Below, piece after piece: positions 1 to 8,151 of a stretch of 64,000 nucleotides of DNA (within the stretch, counting starts at the first letter, position 1; each line of letters opens with the position of its first letter). The notes under the pieces were generated by a model. The model saw only the letters and a program-made list of their open reading frames with translations. It searched no databases and was not told the DNA's origin. The stretch is from the IMG/VR virus record IMGVR_UViG_3300047472_000237, positions 1 through 64,000 of that record; one strand, given 5' to 3'. Both the position numbers and the translations under genes were made by a program. This DNA comes from a virus.

Positions 1-19
1 CCCACCTGAATGAGCTCGA

Positions 20-49
20 CCGCCCCGCGCGGGGCGGCTTCGTTTTGTT
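20..49 (+). terminator. Intrinsic terminator
   Basis: CCGCCCC-gcgc-GGGGCGG hairpin followed by cttcgttttgtt, just upstream of a promoter. Confidence 0.6.
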
Positions 50-61
50 GTCGCTTTGCTC

Positions 62-90
62 TTGCCTCTAGCCGAGCGATGAGGCATACT
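62..90 (+). promoter_or_regulatory. Sigma70-like promoter
   Basis: TTGCCT-17 nt-CATACT upstream of the 115 ORF. Confidence 0.65.
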
Positions 91-114
91 CCGGTCACCT
101 AACCAAGGAGACCT

Positions 115-996
115 GTGGCAGCTGAACTCGAACGAATCAAAGACCAGATCCGCAAGCTGATGGCCGTAGCCAACGACGGCGCGGCGAGCGACGGCGAGAT
201 CACCAACTACATGAACGCGGCGGCGAAGCTGATCGACAAGCATCACCTCAAGGCCGAGGACTTCGAGAAGAAGGACGAGGCCCCGGACGCCGACGAGTCG
301 AAGATGGAGCTCCACCTGGGCAAGACGGGCAGCCCGAAGTTCCACCGCTGGAACACGATCCTCGCCAACGCCGTGGAGCAGCTGTTCGGCTGCGTAAAGC
401 ACTATCTTGACGGCGACAGCGAGCCGATGCGAATCGATGGCGTCGTTCAGTTCTACACCGGGAAGTACGCCGGCCAGCGGAAGGAGATCAAGCGGTTCGC
501 CTTCTATGGTCCTGCCCAGGAGGCTGCGGAAGCGGCTGAGCTCTACACGATGTGGGACAGGGCCATCGCGACGATGGCGGTCATGCGTTGGGGCGGGGCC
601 TACCGGGGCAGCGGCGAGAAGTACGCGGAAGGCTTCGCAGCCGCCCTGCTCGTCAAGGCCATGCAGATCAACAAGGCCCGCCAGCTGGTGGAGGCCAAGC
701 CGCTCGCCCTGCTGACCCACGAGGTCGCGGCCGGCAAGGACACGGCGCTCGCCATCGCCGAGTCGAAGACGACGTCGATCACCCTCTCGGAACGCTATGA
801 GAAGCTCCAGGAGCGGGCCGCTGAGTGGCTGGAGAACGACCAAGGAATCAAACTCGGCAAGGGTGCCGCCCGCCAAGGCGCTCAGAGCGGCGACAACACC
901 GCCTTCCGCGAGGGACACGAGCACGGCAGCAAGGCCGAGTTCACCCGCACGGGTCGAGCCGGCCAGCAGAAACAGTTGCCTGGCCCCAAGCAATGA
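115..996 (+). CDS. DUF2786-domain protein
   Basis: AAGGAG RBS before GTG; N-terminal 'IKDQIRKLMAVA...GEITNYMNAAAKLIDKHHL' fits the DUF2786 helical hairpin common in phages. Confidence 0.7.
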   Translation: MAAELERIKDQIRKLMAVANDGAASDGEITNYMNAAAKLIDKHHLKAEDFEKKDEAPDADESKMELHLGKTGSPKFHRWNTILANAVEQLFGCVKHYLDGDSEPMRIDGVVQFYTGKYAGQRKEIKRFAFYGPAQEAAEAAELYTMWDRAIATMAVMRWGGAYRGSGEKYAEGFAAALLVKAMQINKARQLVEAKPLALLTHEVAAGKDTALAIAESKTTSITLSERYEKLQERAAEWLENDQGIKLGKGAARQGAQSGDNTAFREGHEHGSKAEFTRTGRAGQQKQLPGPKQ

Positions 997-1010
997 GGGA
1001 GACTCCCGTC

Positions 1011-1427
1011 ATGCCCCTGAACGACGACGGCAAACTCGATGGTGTGTACGCCTACCTGTACACGGCGCTCCGCGACCCTCAGAAGTTCTACGGACGGATC
1101 TGTGGCAACATGATGACGGTCGGCTGCGGCTCCGCCGAGGAAGCGGAGAAGACCCGGCTGACCCTGCGTGTCTCCCAGTACGACATCCAGAAGGTCAAGA
1201 GCGGGCGGTGGATGCGGCCGGCAGAGTTCGCGGCAGCAGAGGCCGCTGCTCGGAAGGCCAACACCGCCCCGGCGGAGGACGGATGGGACGACGAGAAGCT
1301 GCGGCGGAAGGTCGACCAGTCGTGGGAGCTCGCCGGCTGCGCCCGCGTCGATGGCGATCGGGTGGACGAGGCCCGCCACACGGCCGAGGCGCGGCGGCTC
1401 CAGACGCTGCTGCGGATGCGAGGATAA
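1011..1427 (+). CDS. Hypothetical protein
   Basis: GAGGGAG RBS, ATG at 1011 in the frame of ORF 825-1427, phage-typical codon usage. Confidence 0.7.
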   Translation: MPLNDDGKLDGVYAYLYTALRDPQKFYGRICGNMMTVGCGSAEEAEKTRLTLRVSQYDIQKVKSGRWMRPAEFAAAEAAARKANTAPAEDGWDDEKLRRKVDQSWELAGCARVDGDRVDEARHTAEARRLQTLLRMRG

Positions 1428-1432
1428 TCGTC

Positions 1433-1461
1433 TTGCCTGGGCCACCGCCCTGGGCCATACT
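1433..1461 (+). promoter_or_regulatory. Sigma70-like promoter, short leader
   Basis: TTGCCT-17-CATACT-9 nt-ATG(1471). Confidence 0.65.
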
Positions 1462-1470
1462 CGGAGCACA

Positions 1471-1758
1471 ATGGCGATCCATATCAAGGCAGACGGAACT
1501 AAGACGGAAGTCACCCCGGCCAGCGGCAAGGCGTTCACCCTGGAAGAGCTCCAGGCGTTCGTCGGCGGCTACGTCGAGACGATCCGCGTGCAGTCCCCCG
1601 AAGGCTTCCTGCTGCTCGTGGACGAGGACGCGAAGCTCAAGTGCCCGACGTCCCCCATGAACCGTGTCGCCACCGAGATGTTCCACGGGGCACATGGGAG
1701 CGCGGTCGCCATCCTCGGAGACGTGCTGCTGGTCAGCCCCGATGAGATGGGGGAATAA
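1471..1758 (+). CDS. DUF3846-like protein
   Basis: 'FTLEELQAFVGGYVE...LLVDEDAKLK...MNRVAT...ILGDVLLV' pattern. Confidence 0.75.
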   Translation: MAIHIKADGTKTEVTPASGKAFTLEELQAFVGGYVETIRVQSPEGFLLLVDEDAKLKCPTSPMNRVATEMFHGAHGSAVAILGDVLLVSPDEMGE

Positions 1759-1764
1759 CCTCCC

Positions 1765-1860
1765 ATAGGATCCTGATTTCCCTCGGAGGGCCTATAGGAT
1801 CCAGCATCTGTCAGGAGGGGGAGCGCCCTGGAGCCGTCCCAGAAGTGGGGTGGCCCAGGG
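1765..1860. repeat. Repeated intergenic module, copy 1 (ATAGGATCC x2 + TCAGGAGGGGG + GGCCCAGG)
   Basis: ATAGGATCC at 1765 and 1794, TCAGGAGGGGG at 1811; same arrangement recurs at 5411-5490. Confidence 0.8.
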
Positions 1861-2167
1861 CGAACTCGCACCCCGCGCCTCGAGGCCGCTCCAGAGGCCC
1901 GCCGACCAACCGCCCCGACGCCCGCCGCCGACCCCGCGCGGCCCTCCTCGTGTGCCGAGCGACGCGGGCCGGCCCTTCGAGCTCGAACGCCCGCCCGCCT
2001 CGACGCCAGGCCCGCCCCAGGCCGCCGCCCGATCGACCCACGCAGCCGGCCGCCGCCGGCGCGGACGCCCCTCGACGCGGCTCCAGAGCCGAGCGCGGAC
2101 TGAGCGCCGGCGCGGCGCACGACCGCGCGGCGCGGCGCGTGGACGGCGCACGACCGTGAGGCGTCGA

Positions 2168-2380
2168 CGGATTCATCCCAAATTCACGAGGATTCACGAG
2201 GGTTCACGCGCGTCCCAAAATTCATGGGATTCACGAGTGATTCACGAGCTCCCCTCAGCCTGCCGCCGGGGGTTCCCCGTGGAGCGGTTGGAGCAGACCG
2301 AGTCGTTGGACTTCGAGGAGTCGACGGAGTCGTTGGATCTGGAGGAAGCGGTGGAGGCAGTGAGCCAGGTGGAGCCTGGA
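2168..2380. repeat. Phased array: TTCA(C) at ~10-bp period, then NGA/TGGA at 9-bp period
   Basis: TTCA at 2172, 2183, 2193, 2203, 2221, 2230, 2241; GGA/CGA at 2281, 2290, 2299, 2308, 2317, 2326, 2335, 2344, 2353. Confidence 0.8.
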
Positions 2381-2555
2381 CCGCTTCAGCCTCTCTTCGA
2401 TGTCGTCGTCTCGTTGAAGGTCCATTATCTCTCCGACAGGGGCGTGCGTCCCCACAATCTCCCGCCCTGGTCCACGACCCGGCGCGGTCACGATCAAGTG
2501 GAGCATACCGCAGGAATCTTCTCCGCCAAATGTGAAATAAAAGAACGCGGGCCGC

Positions 2556-2584
2556 TTGGCGTTTCAACCGCCGTGTGTTACTGT
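2556..2584 (+). promoter_or_regulatory. Early-type promoter
   Basis: TTGGCG-tttcaac...-17-TACTGT-10 nt-ATG(2595); near-identical copies at 5122, 7258 and 8113. Confidence 0.8.
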
Positions 2585-2594
2585 TCCCGTACCT

Positions 2595-3173
2595 ATGAGC
2601 ACGACCGCTACCCAACCCGCGTTCCTTGACCCCTCCGCCGCTGGCGTTCGCCGGCTGACCTGTTCTTTCGAGCGACTCGTGGCCGCCTTCGGCCAGCCAA
2701 CGAAGCGATACGAAAAGGGCACCAGCGACAAACTCCAGGTGGAGTGGAACATCCAGGTGGACCTGCCCCACGGCAGCGGCTGGGTGAATATCTACGACTA
2801 CAAAGAGGACGTCCCCGCTGAGCAGGTGATGCACTGGTCCATCCAGTTCACCCCTCCCTACCGCAGCAAGAACGAGCGCGGTTTGGACCCGAAGTGTGCG
2901 GACGAACTCGTGGATCGGTTGAACCAGGCCGAACCGAAGACGCCGGTGGACCCGCCGGACTTCCTGGAGATCTTGAAGGCTGATTGGATGCGGCCGGACA
3001 ACGCGAAGCGCACCGAACTTTCGAGCCGGTTGGAGCACAGCGATTGGACCGCCTTCGCCCATATCGGTTCGTTCATCGGACTCCTCGATGGCGAAGAGAT
3101 CCTCCTGTTCTACGTTGGCTCCAACGAACTCATCGGCCGCCTCGAGCTCACCATGTCGCAATCTGCGGTTTGA
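2595..3173 (+). CDS. Hypothetical protein
   Basis: ATG after promoter; 'LVAAFGQP...DKLQVEW...IYDYK' resembles a recurring small phage protein family. Confidence 0.75.
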   Translation: MSTTATQPAFLDPSAAGVRRLTCSFERLVAAFGQPTKRYEKGTSDKLQVEWNIQVDLPHGSGWVNIYDYKEDVPAEQVMHWSIQFTPPYRSKNERGLDPKCADELVDRLNQAEPKTPVDPPDFLEILKADWMRPDNAKRTELSSRLEHSDWTAFAHIGSFIGLLDGEEILLFYVGSNELIGRLELTMSQSAV

Positions 3174-3175
3174 GT

Positions 3176-3204
3176 TTGCCGTTTCAACCTTCGTGCCGTA
3201 CTGT
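3176..3204 (+). promoter_or_regulatory. Early-type promoter
   Basis: TTGCCG-17-TACTGT-9 nt-ATG(3214). Confidence 0.75.
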
Positions 3205-3213
3205 GAGCGTACT

Positions 3214-3696
3214 ATGAACGCAAAGCGAACCGACAACCTCGAGAACCTTCCTGACGCCCAGCAGCGGCTCGTCCGCTTCGCCCGCCTGGCGGTGGCTGAT
3301 ACCGTCCACGGCGGCGCGGCCGCCAAGGCGCAGGCCTCCAACGCGGTGGACCAGGACGACCGCTACGTCCTGGAAGGCATCGTGAGCGATGTCTACACTA
3401 GCTCCACCGGGAAGGTGCCCGACCACTTGGATGCTTTCGAGTGCAACGAGTGCGGCTGTGTTCACCTCGGGAAGGAGGCAGCCGACGTATGCTGCTCGGA
3501 CGACGAGGACGACTTCGAAGACGAGGATGAGGACGACGACTTCGAAGACGAGGATGAGGACGACGACTTCGACGACGAAGACGATGATGACGACCTGGAC
3601 GACGAAGACGACTTCGATGACGAGGACGACTTCGACGATGACGACGACCTCGATGACGAGGACGATGAAGAGGAGATGGATGATGACACTGAATGA
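3214..3696 (+). CDS. Zn-ribbon protein with a long Asp/Glu C-terminal tail
   Basis: CNEC...H...CC motif followed by a ~65-residue tail that is almost all D/E. Confidence 0.75.
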   Translation: MNAKRTDNLENLPDAQQRLVRFARLAVADTVHGGAAAKAQASNAVDQDDRYVLEGIVSDVYTSSTGKVPDHLDAFECNECGCVHLGKEAADVCCSDDEDDFEDEDEDDDFEDEDEDDDFDDEDDDDDLDDEDDFDDEDDFDDDDDLDDEDDEEEMDDDTE

Positions 3697-3889
3697 GTGG
3701 AGCTCGGCGAGCAAGGTGAAGGTGGAGACCCATACGAACTCGGGAGCGAAGTTCGTCCACGTGGAGTACGACGACCCGATGAGGAAGGAGCTCTTCCACC
3801 TCACCGACTTCAAGGTCTCCAGCGTGAGCGGGCCGGTCCACTGGCTCGTGCCGATCGACCAGCCCGCTCACCGCTGTGTGAAGATTTAG
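3680..3889 (+). CDS. Hypothetical protein
   Basis: GAGGAG RBS then ATG 3680/3683; overlaps the end of the previous gene. Confidence 0.55.
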   Translation: MMTLNEWSSASKVKVETHTNSGAKFVHVEYDDPMRKELFHLTDFKVSSVSGPVHWLVPIDQPAHRCVKI

Positions 3890-3928
3890 TTTGCTTCCCG
3901 CCGGCGATGAGGCATCTTTCAACTACCT

Positions 3929-4231
3929 ATGGACAAAGAACCCACCGACACGCTCCTTCGCTACTTCCGGACGGGCGAGCTCATCGCCATCTTCCCCGCC
4001 GTAGCGGGTACGTCCGACCCGGACACCTGCATGAGTTACCAGACGGTTGGCCAGCACGGCTCGTGCGACCCCTCTGGGCTCATCCGCCTCACCCAGCCCG
4101 CCTCGCTCGTCAGCGACTCCACCAAGTCGTTCCTGGCTGAGCTAGAGCGCGTCGGCTACAAGGTGAATGTGGTGAAGCGTGCGACTGCGGCTCACCGCAA
4201 GGCGCGGGTTCAACAGATCGGCAACCGCTAA
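3929..4231 (+). CDS. Conserved phage hypothetical protein
   Basis: Promoter TTGCTT-16-CATCTT at 3891; 'ELIAIFP...CMSYQTVGQHGSC...ELERVGY' is a recurring phage family pattern. Confidence 0.75.
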   Translation: MDKEPTDTLLRYFRTGELIAIFPAVAGTSDPDTCMSYQTVGQHGSCDPSGLIRLTQPASLVSDSTKSFLAELERVGYKVNVVKRATAAHRKARVQQIGNR

Positions 4232-4320
4232 TCGGTTTGCCTTCGCCTTCGTGTGTTGTATCTTTCGGGTGTTGCCGGACGCTACGCCGGCCTGGAAGTT
4301 GAAACCTGCTGGAGACCCCT

Positions 4321-4812
4321 ATGACCGTGGAACTTTCGAAAGTCGCCGAAGCCAAGATTCGCGTGCTGGCCGCCACCCTGGTCGCCGCGCCGCACGAACG
4401 CGAGCAGCTGGAAGCTACCCTCCACGAAGTCGTGAGCGAAGTGGTCGAGTCCCTCGACCTGCCCGACTTCAGCGAAATGCTGGACCTGAGCGACGAACGC
4501 CAGATCGAGCAGTTCATCGAGAACAACAGCCTGGTGAGCCAGAACGACCTGCCGAACACCGACGACTTCTTGGACCTGAACGACTCGGAGAGCATCCGGA
4601 GCTTTATCCGAGACAACGAGCTCGTGGACAAGGACGAGCTCGGTTCGATGCTGGACCTCGAGAACCAGGACCAGGTCGGCGAGATGATCGAGAACTACGA
4701 ACTGGTGACCGAAGAGGATCTGGACGCCGCGTTGAACGCGGTGAAGTCAAGCCACGTGACCGACGGGCGCGGCTTCTTCGGCCGGTTGAAGTGGCTCCTC
4801 ACTGGCCGCTGA
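4321..4812 (+). CDS. Acidic internal-repeat protein
   Basis: GGAG RBS; three LDLxD...I..N.LV...DL repeats; basic amphipathic C-terminus. Confidence 0.8.
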   Translation: MTVELSKVAEAKIRVLAATLVAAPHEREQLEATLHEVVSEVVESLDLPDFSEMLDLSDERQIEQFIENNSLVSQNDLPNTDDFLDLNDSESIRSFIRDNELVDKDELGSMLDLENQDQVGEMIENYELVTEEDLDAALNAVKSSHVTDGRGFFGRLKWLLTGR

Positions 4813-4854
4813 ACTTCCACGGGCCGCTACAGCCCCAACAATCGTTCCATAGGG

Positions 4855-4893
4855 TGCCGGTCCACTGTAGCGGTGGGCCGGCATTTTTCATTT
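4855..4893 (+). terminator. Intrinsic terminator
   Basis: TGCCGGTCCACTG-tag-CGGTGGGCCGGCA followed by TTTTTCATTT. Confidence 0.75.
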
Positions 4894-4925
4894 GTCGCGA
4901 AGGATACCTGAGCGAGACTGATCGT

Positions 4926-5117
4926 ATGAACCTCTTCCGCAGCCTCACCGCCCTCTACCTCGTGGCCGTCGTGCTCGCCTTGGCGGTCGCCTACCGCTAC
5001 CGGGTGCAGGACGCCGCGCCTGCGGCCCGCCAGAGCCTCGAGGAGCTCCGCCCCGGCCTGGAGCGTACCGCTACCGCCATCGAACGGGTACGCCGCTGGG
5101 CAGCGTCGCCAGATTAA
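4926..5117 (+). CDS. Small membrane protein
   Basis: ATG 6 nt after TTGTCG-16-GAGACT; one hydrophobic segment 'LTALYLVAVVLALAVAY'. Confidence 0.55.
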   Translation: MNLFRSLTALYLVAVVLALAVAYRYRVQDAAPAARQSLEELRPGLERTATAIERVRRWAASPD

Positions 5118-5121
5118 CGGT

Positions 5122-5150
5122 TTGGCGTTTCAACGGGCGTGTGTTACTGT
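5122..5150 (+). promoter_or_regulatory. Early-type promoter
   Basis: TTGGCG-17-TACTGT-tcgcgtacct-ATG(5161). Confidence 0.8.
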
Positions 5151-5160
5151 TCGCGTACCT

Positions 5161-5370
5161 ATGGACCCGACTACCTGCCTGAAGGAGCTCATCGAGCTCA
5201 TCGTCGCCCCCGAACGGGACAACAGCGAAGTCCGAGAGAAGATCGACGACCTCGTCGGCTGGCTCGAGAAGGATGGAGCGAAGCCGGTTATCACGCCAGG
5301 CTACCGCATCCTCTACAAGTCCATCGTGAAGGCTTGGTCGCTTCCCCTCTACAACCTCCTCTTTTCGTAA
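5161..5370 (+). CDS. Hypothetical protein
   Basis: ATG after promoter; 'MDPTTCLKEL...LVGWLEKDGAKP' resembles small phage proteins of the MDP..L...WL.kGG type. Confidence 0.7.
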   Translation: MDPTTCLKELIELIVAPERDNSEVREKIDDLVGWLEKDGAKPVITPGYRILYKSIVKAWSLPLYNLLFS

Positions 5371-5410
5371 GCACGGATAGATGGACTGAGCCGGCTCGAG
5401 GAGCTCCTCC

Positions 5411-5490
5411 ATAGGATCCACCCGTTTCCGAGAGGGGACGGATAGGATCCAGCGATCCTCAGGAGGGGGTCCACCTTCTGGGCCCAGGAG
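5411..5490. repeat. Repeated intergenic module, copy 2
   Basis: ATAGGATCC at 5411 and 5442, TCAGGAGGGGG at 5459, GGCCCAGG downstream. Confidence 0.8.
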
Positions 5491-5560
5491 ATACCGGACG
5501 CCCGCCGCGCGGCGCAGCCGTTTGTCGGCTGGCCGTTCGTGTCGTACCTTTGGCGTACCT

Positions 5561-5785
5561 ATGCAACGCACTCAGGCTACCGTCGTTGATGTAACGCCCA
5601 CCGAATACCTCGTCGCCGCGTGCGACCCCGGCAACGAGCCGGAATTGTTGCCGGCGCTGGAAGTGTACGTCGTGAACAAAGACGACCCCAGCGATATACG
5701 GCTACCGACGCCAGCCGAGTGGAGCGCCCATTGGTTCGCGGTCGCAAAGGCGATACAGAGCCTGTTGGAGCAAGCGGCCGGATAG
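5561..5785 (+). CDS. Hypothetical protein
   Basis: TTGTCG(5522)-17-TACCTT-tggcgtacct-ATG. Confidence 0.65.
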   Translation: MQRTQATVVDVTPTEYLVAACDPGNEPELLPALEVYVVNKDDPSDIRLPTPAEWSAHWFAVAKAIQSLLEQAAG

Positions 5786-5827
5786 TTGGACCCCGCGCGG
5801 CGCGGCCGGCCTGGTCCACGAGCCGAG

Positions 5828-6045
5828 GGATTCATCCCGGTTCACGAGGATTCACAGCTTCACGCTGATTCACACGTGATTCACAGGTGATTCACGACCT
5901 CCACCCTCAGATCCACTCGCCTCACCAGGTCGGGCGGCTCCACCAGATCCACGAGCTCCAATAGGTCTTACGACTCCACGAGCTCCAGCAGATCCACTGG
6001 CTCCACCCGCTCCACTACCTCCAACCAGGTTGGACCAGGTGGAGG
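5828..6045. repeat. Phased array: TTCA(C) at ~10-bp period, then TCCA at 9-bp period
   Basis: TTCA at 5831, 5841, 5851, 5859, 5869, 5880, 5891; TCCA at 5939, 5948, 5957, 5975, 5984, 5993, 6002, 6011, 6020. Confidence 0.85.
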
Positions 6046-6150
6046 TGGTGAGGCTTCGGGCTGCTCCAACCGTACGATACAGATACCGTCGCGACAAACT
6101 TGAAAAATGGTTTGGCGTACCGCCCGCCCTGTCGTATTGTTGGCGTACCT

Positions 6151-6522
6151 ATGAGCGACGCCCCTACCCCTAACGTCCCGCCCGCCCTTCCGCCCGGCTT
6201 CCGCCGCTTCACCAAGGAAGATTATTGGTGCTACGCCGGCGCGAACGCATTTCCGGACGGCCAGGAGCCGATAATCGGCACCGTGTCGTTGAAAGAAAAC
6301 GACCAGGTGGAGCAGCACGACGTGGTGGTTTCGGCCGACGAGAGCGACCCCACGAAGGTGATCTTCGGCGTGATGTTCGAACAGGTGAACGCGAACGACA
6401 CCAGCGAGTTTCAACGAGAAGTGGAGTCGCTCGAGGTCGCCCTTGAGCTCATCCAACTGCTCGCTCGCCTCCAGCCGCTCACCCGGCTCCAACTGTCGGC
6501 CATGGCGTTCAAGGCGCTGTAG
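6151..6522 (+). CDS. Hypothetical protein
   Basis: TTGGCG(6112)-17-TATTGT-tggcgtacct-ATG. Confidence 0.7.
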   Translation: MSDAPTPNVPPALPPGFRRFTKEDYWCYAGANAFPDGQEPIIGTVSLKENDQVEQHDVVVSADESDPTKVIFGVMFEQVNANDTSEFQREVESLEVALELIQLLARLQPLTRLQLSAMAFKAL

Positions 6523-6614
6523 GCTCACCCGCTCCACTATCGTGAAATATGCAAAAGCGGTTTGTCAACCGCCGCTGGTATCGTACATTTGGGGTGTTCG
6601 AAAGGAATACCCCT

Positions 6615-6806
6615 ATGAGCTACCTAACCCAACTCGCCCTGCTCGCCGTCCTCAACGAAGGCACCCAGCTGACCTCCCTCGAGCTCGTCCAACGTACCGC
6701 CCTTGAAGGCGACGTCGTACGGGCCGGCCTGGTCGCCCTGCTCGAATCGAAGCAGGTTGTGCAGTTGACCCGGCGCGACGAGGTGAAGGTGTTCGCCAAG
6801 GCTTGA
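6615..6806 (+). CDS. Small winged-helix-like protein
   Basis: AAGGA RBS; 'LTSLELVQRTALEGDVVRAGLVALLESKQV' HTH-like pattern. Confidence 0.55.
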   Translation: MSYLTQLALLAVLNEGTQLTSLELVQRTALEGDVVRAGLVALLESKQVVQLTRRDEVKVFAKA

Positions 6807-6835
6807 ACGACTTACGACCTTTTGGAGATACGCTG

Positions 6836-7015
6836 ATGCCGCTGACCCGTGAACAAATTGAAGAAGCACGAAATTGGATAGCCGATTGCCAGTGGGCCGA
6901 CGAAGTGGAGGTCGCTGAGCTAACCGACGAGGAGATCGTACGCGGAATCCGCCGCCATTACGACGGTGGCCTCACCGCCTTCATCGAGTCGTGCGAACCC
7001 GTGAGCTCCAAATGA
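6836..7015 (+). CDS. Hypothetical protein
   Basis: GGAG RBS; 'ARNWIADCQW...LTDEEIVRGIRRHYDGG' is a recurring phage motif. Confidence 0.7.
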   Translation: MPLTREQIEEARNWIADCQWADEVEVAELTDEEIVRGIRRHYDGGLTAFIESCEPVSSK

Positions 7016-7242
7016 AGCTATTCGTCGCCCTGGTCGCGTTGGTCTCCCTGGGCCAACAGAACGTACTGCTCGCGTTGCTCGTTGCAGCCGCCTGGGCCGC
7101 CCTGGCCGCGTACCTACAACGCCGCGCCGTACGGGCCGCAACCGCCGCTAGGGCCGCCCGCGCCCGCCGTAGGGCCGCCCGCCTAGCCGCGAAGCGTAGG
7201 CCGAAGGCTAAGCGCCGCCCCGCGCCTACGGGCCGCCCGTAA
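7012..7242 (+). CDS. Membrane-anchored Arg/Ala-rich small protein
   Basis: ATGA overlap with the upstream stop; hydrophobic N-half, highly basic C-half; atypical codons. Confidence 0.45.
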   Translation: MKLFVALVALVSLGQQNVLLALLVAAAWAALAAYLQRRAVRAATAARAARARRRAARLAAKRRPKAKRRPAPTGRP

Positions 7243-7292
7243 TTCTTGCCCGCCCGTTTGGCGTTTCAACGGTTATGCCGTATCTTTACGGT

Positions 7293-7448
7293 ATGAATGA
7301 CCGCACCTACTCCTTCGCCCTGCCGACCGCTGAAACCTACGCCCGCATTGAGGCGAAGTGGAACAACCCGGCTCGCTTCAACGAGTTCCTCAAGAAGGCT
7401 ATCCGTACCGCCATCAACCAACGCAACAACTTCAACCAGGGCAAGTAA
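7293..7448 (+). CDS. 51-aa ribbon-helix-helix-like protein (absent from the ORF track)
   Basis: TTGGCG(7258)-17-TATCTT-6 nt-ATG; my translation: MNDRTYSFALPTAETYARIEAKWNNPARFNEFLKKAIRTAINQRNNFNQGK. Confidence 0.65.
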   Translation: MNDRTYSFALPTAETYARIEAKWNNPARFNEFLKKAIRTAINQRNNFNQGK

Positions 7449-7451
7449 CTC

Positions 7452-7733
7452 ATGCAAGTCCAACATGCTCAATGGAACGCCGTCTTCCGTTTGAACGGCA
7501 ACCTCTTCTATCTTCCCCATCTCTCGCCAGCGGCGGAGAAGCGGATGGAGGGGCGCGGCGACATCGTACTGGCCAAGCGACCTCAGAAGGTCGGCGAGGT
7601 CCATCAGCTCAACGTGGCCGGGCATTTCACCGAGATCGCCTGGGGCACCGAGGTCGAGCTCGTCCCCGAGATCCAACTTCGCGCCGACGAGAAGGCGTTG
7701 AAGCGGATGAGGGCACGAGAGCGGCGACAGTAG
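7452..7733 (+). CDS. Hypothetical protein
   Basis: Starts 3 nt after the previous stop; phage-typical codons. Confidence 0.65.
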   Translation: MQVQHAQWNAVFRLNGNLFYLPHLSPAAEKRMEGRGDIVLAKRPQKVGEVHQLNVAGHFTEIAWGTEVELVPEIQLRADEKALKRMRARERRQ

Positions 7734-7854
7734 TTTGACGTGTTGAAACAAGAGAGGAAGCTGGCCCAGATGGAGTGAACTCCAACGCCCTCCTCCCTTC
7801 GCCCAGGGCGTACGGGTCCACCCGGCGCAAGCGGTCCAAAAGGAACTACGACCC

Positions 7855-8094
7855 ATGAAGATCCGTCCAGACTACGTGCTCGTGCCGTTCATCCAGAACG
7901 GTGTATCCCTCCAGGTCCACTTCGATCCAACATCTAACCAACCCGTGATCTTCGTGGAGCTCGGCAGCGGGCAACGAACGATTCGGCGGGATGGAATCCG
8001 CGACCTGGTGAACAACCACCTTGGGCACGGGTTCGATCATGTGGTGAAGCTGCTGGAAGCCGCTTGCGACGTCGTGGATCTACGCGATGCGTGA
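7855..8094 (+). CDS. Hypothetical protein
   Basis: AAGGA upstream; typical codon usage. Confidence 0.6.
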   Translation: MKIRPDYVLVPFIQNGVSLQVHFDPTSNQPVIFVELGSGQRTIRRDGIRDLVNNHLGHGFDHVVKLLEAACDVVDLRDA

Positions 8095-8151
8095 GTAAAA
8101 CGGTTCTAACCCTTGGCGTTTCAACGGTTGTGCCGTATCTTTCGTGTACCT

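Noticed and set aside
1862-2165. Pro/Arg/Ala-rich ORFs across the near-pure GC tract
   Set aside because: Open in most frames simply because stops are absent; no start signals or codon bias.
3462-3689. Poly-Ser ORF on the minus strand and Thr/Arg-rich alternative frames
   Set aside because: By-products of the GAC/GAT/GAG tract of the acidic protein.
5870-6097. Collagen-like Gly-X-Y reading of the 9-bp arrays (also 2224-2535 on +)
   Set aside because: The array has opposite orientation in the two modules, there is no promoter or RBS, and codon usage is atypical. A DNA-level element is more parsimonious, though translation is not formally excluded.
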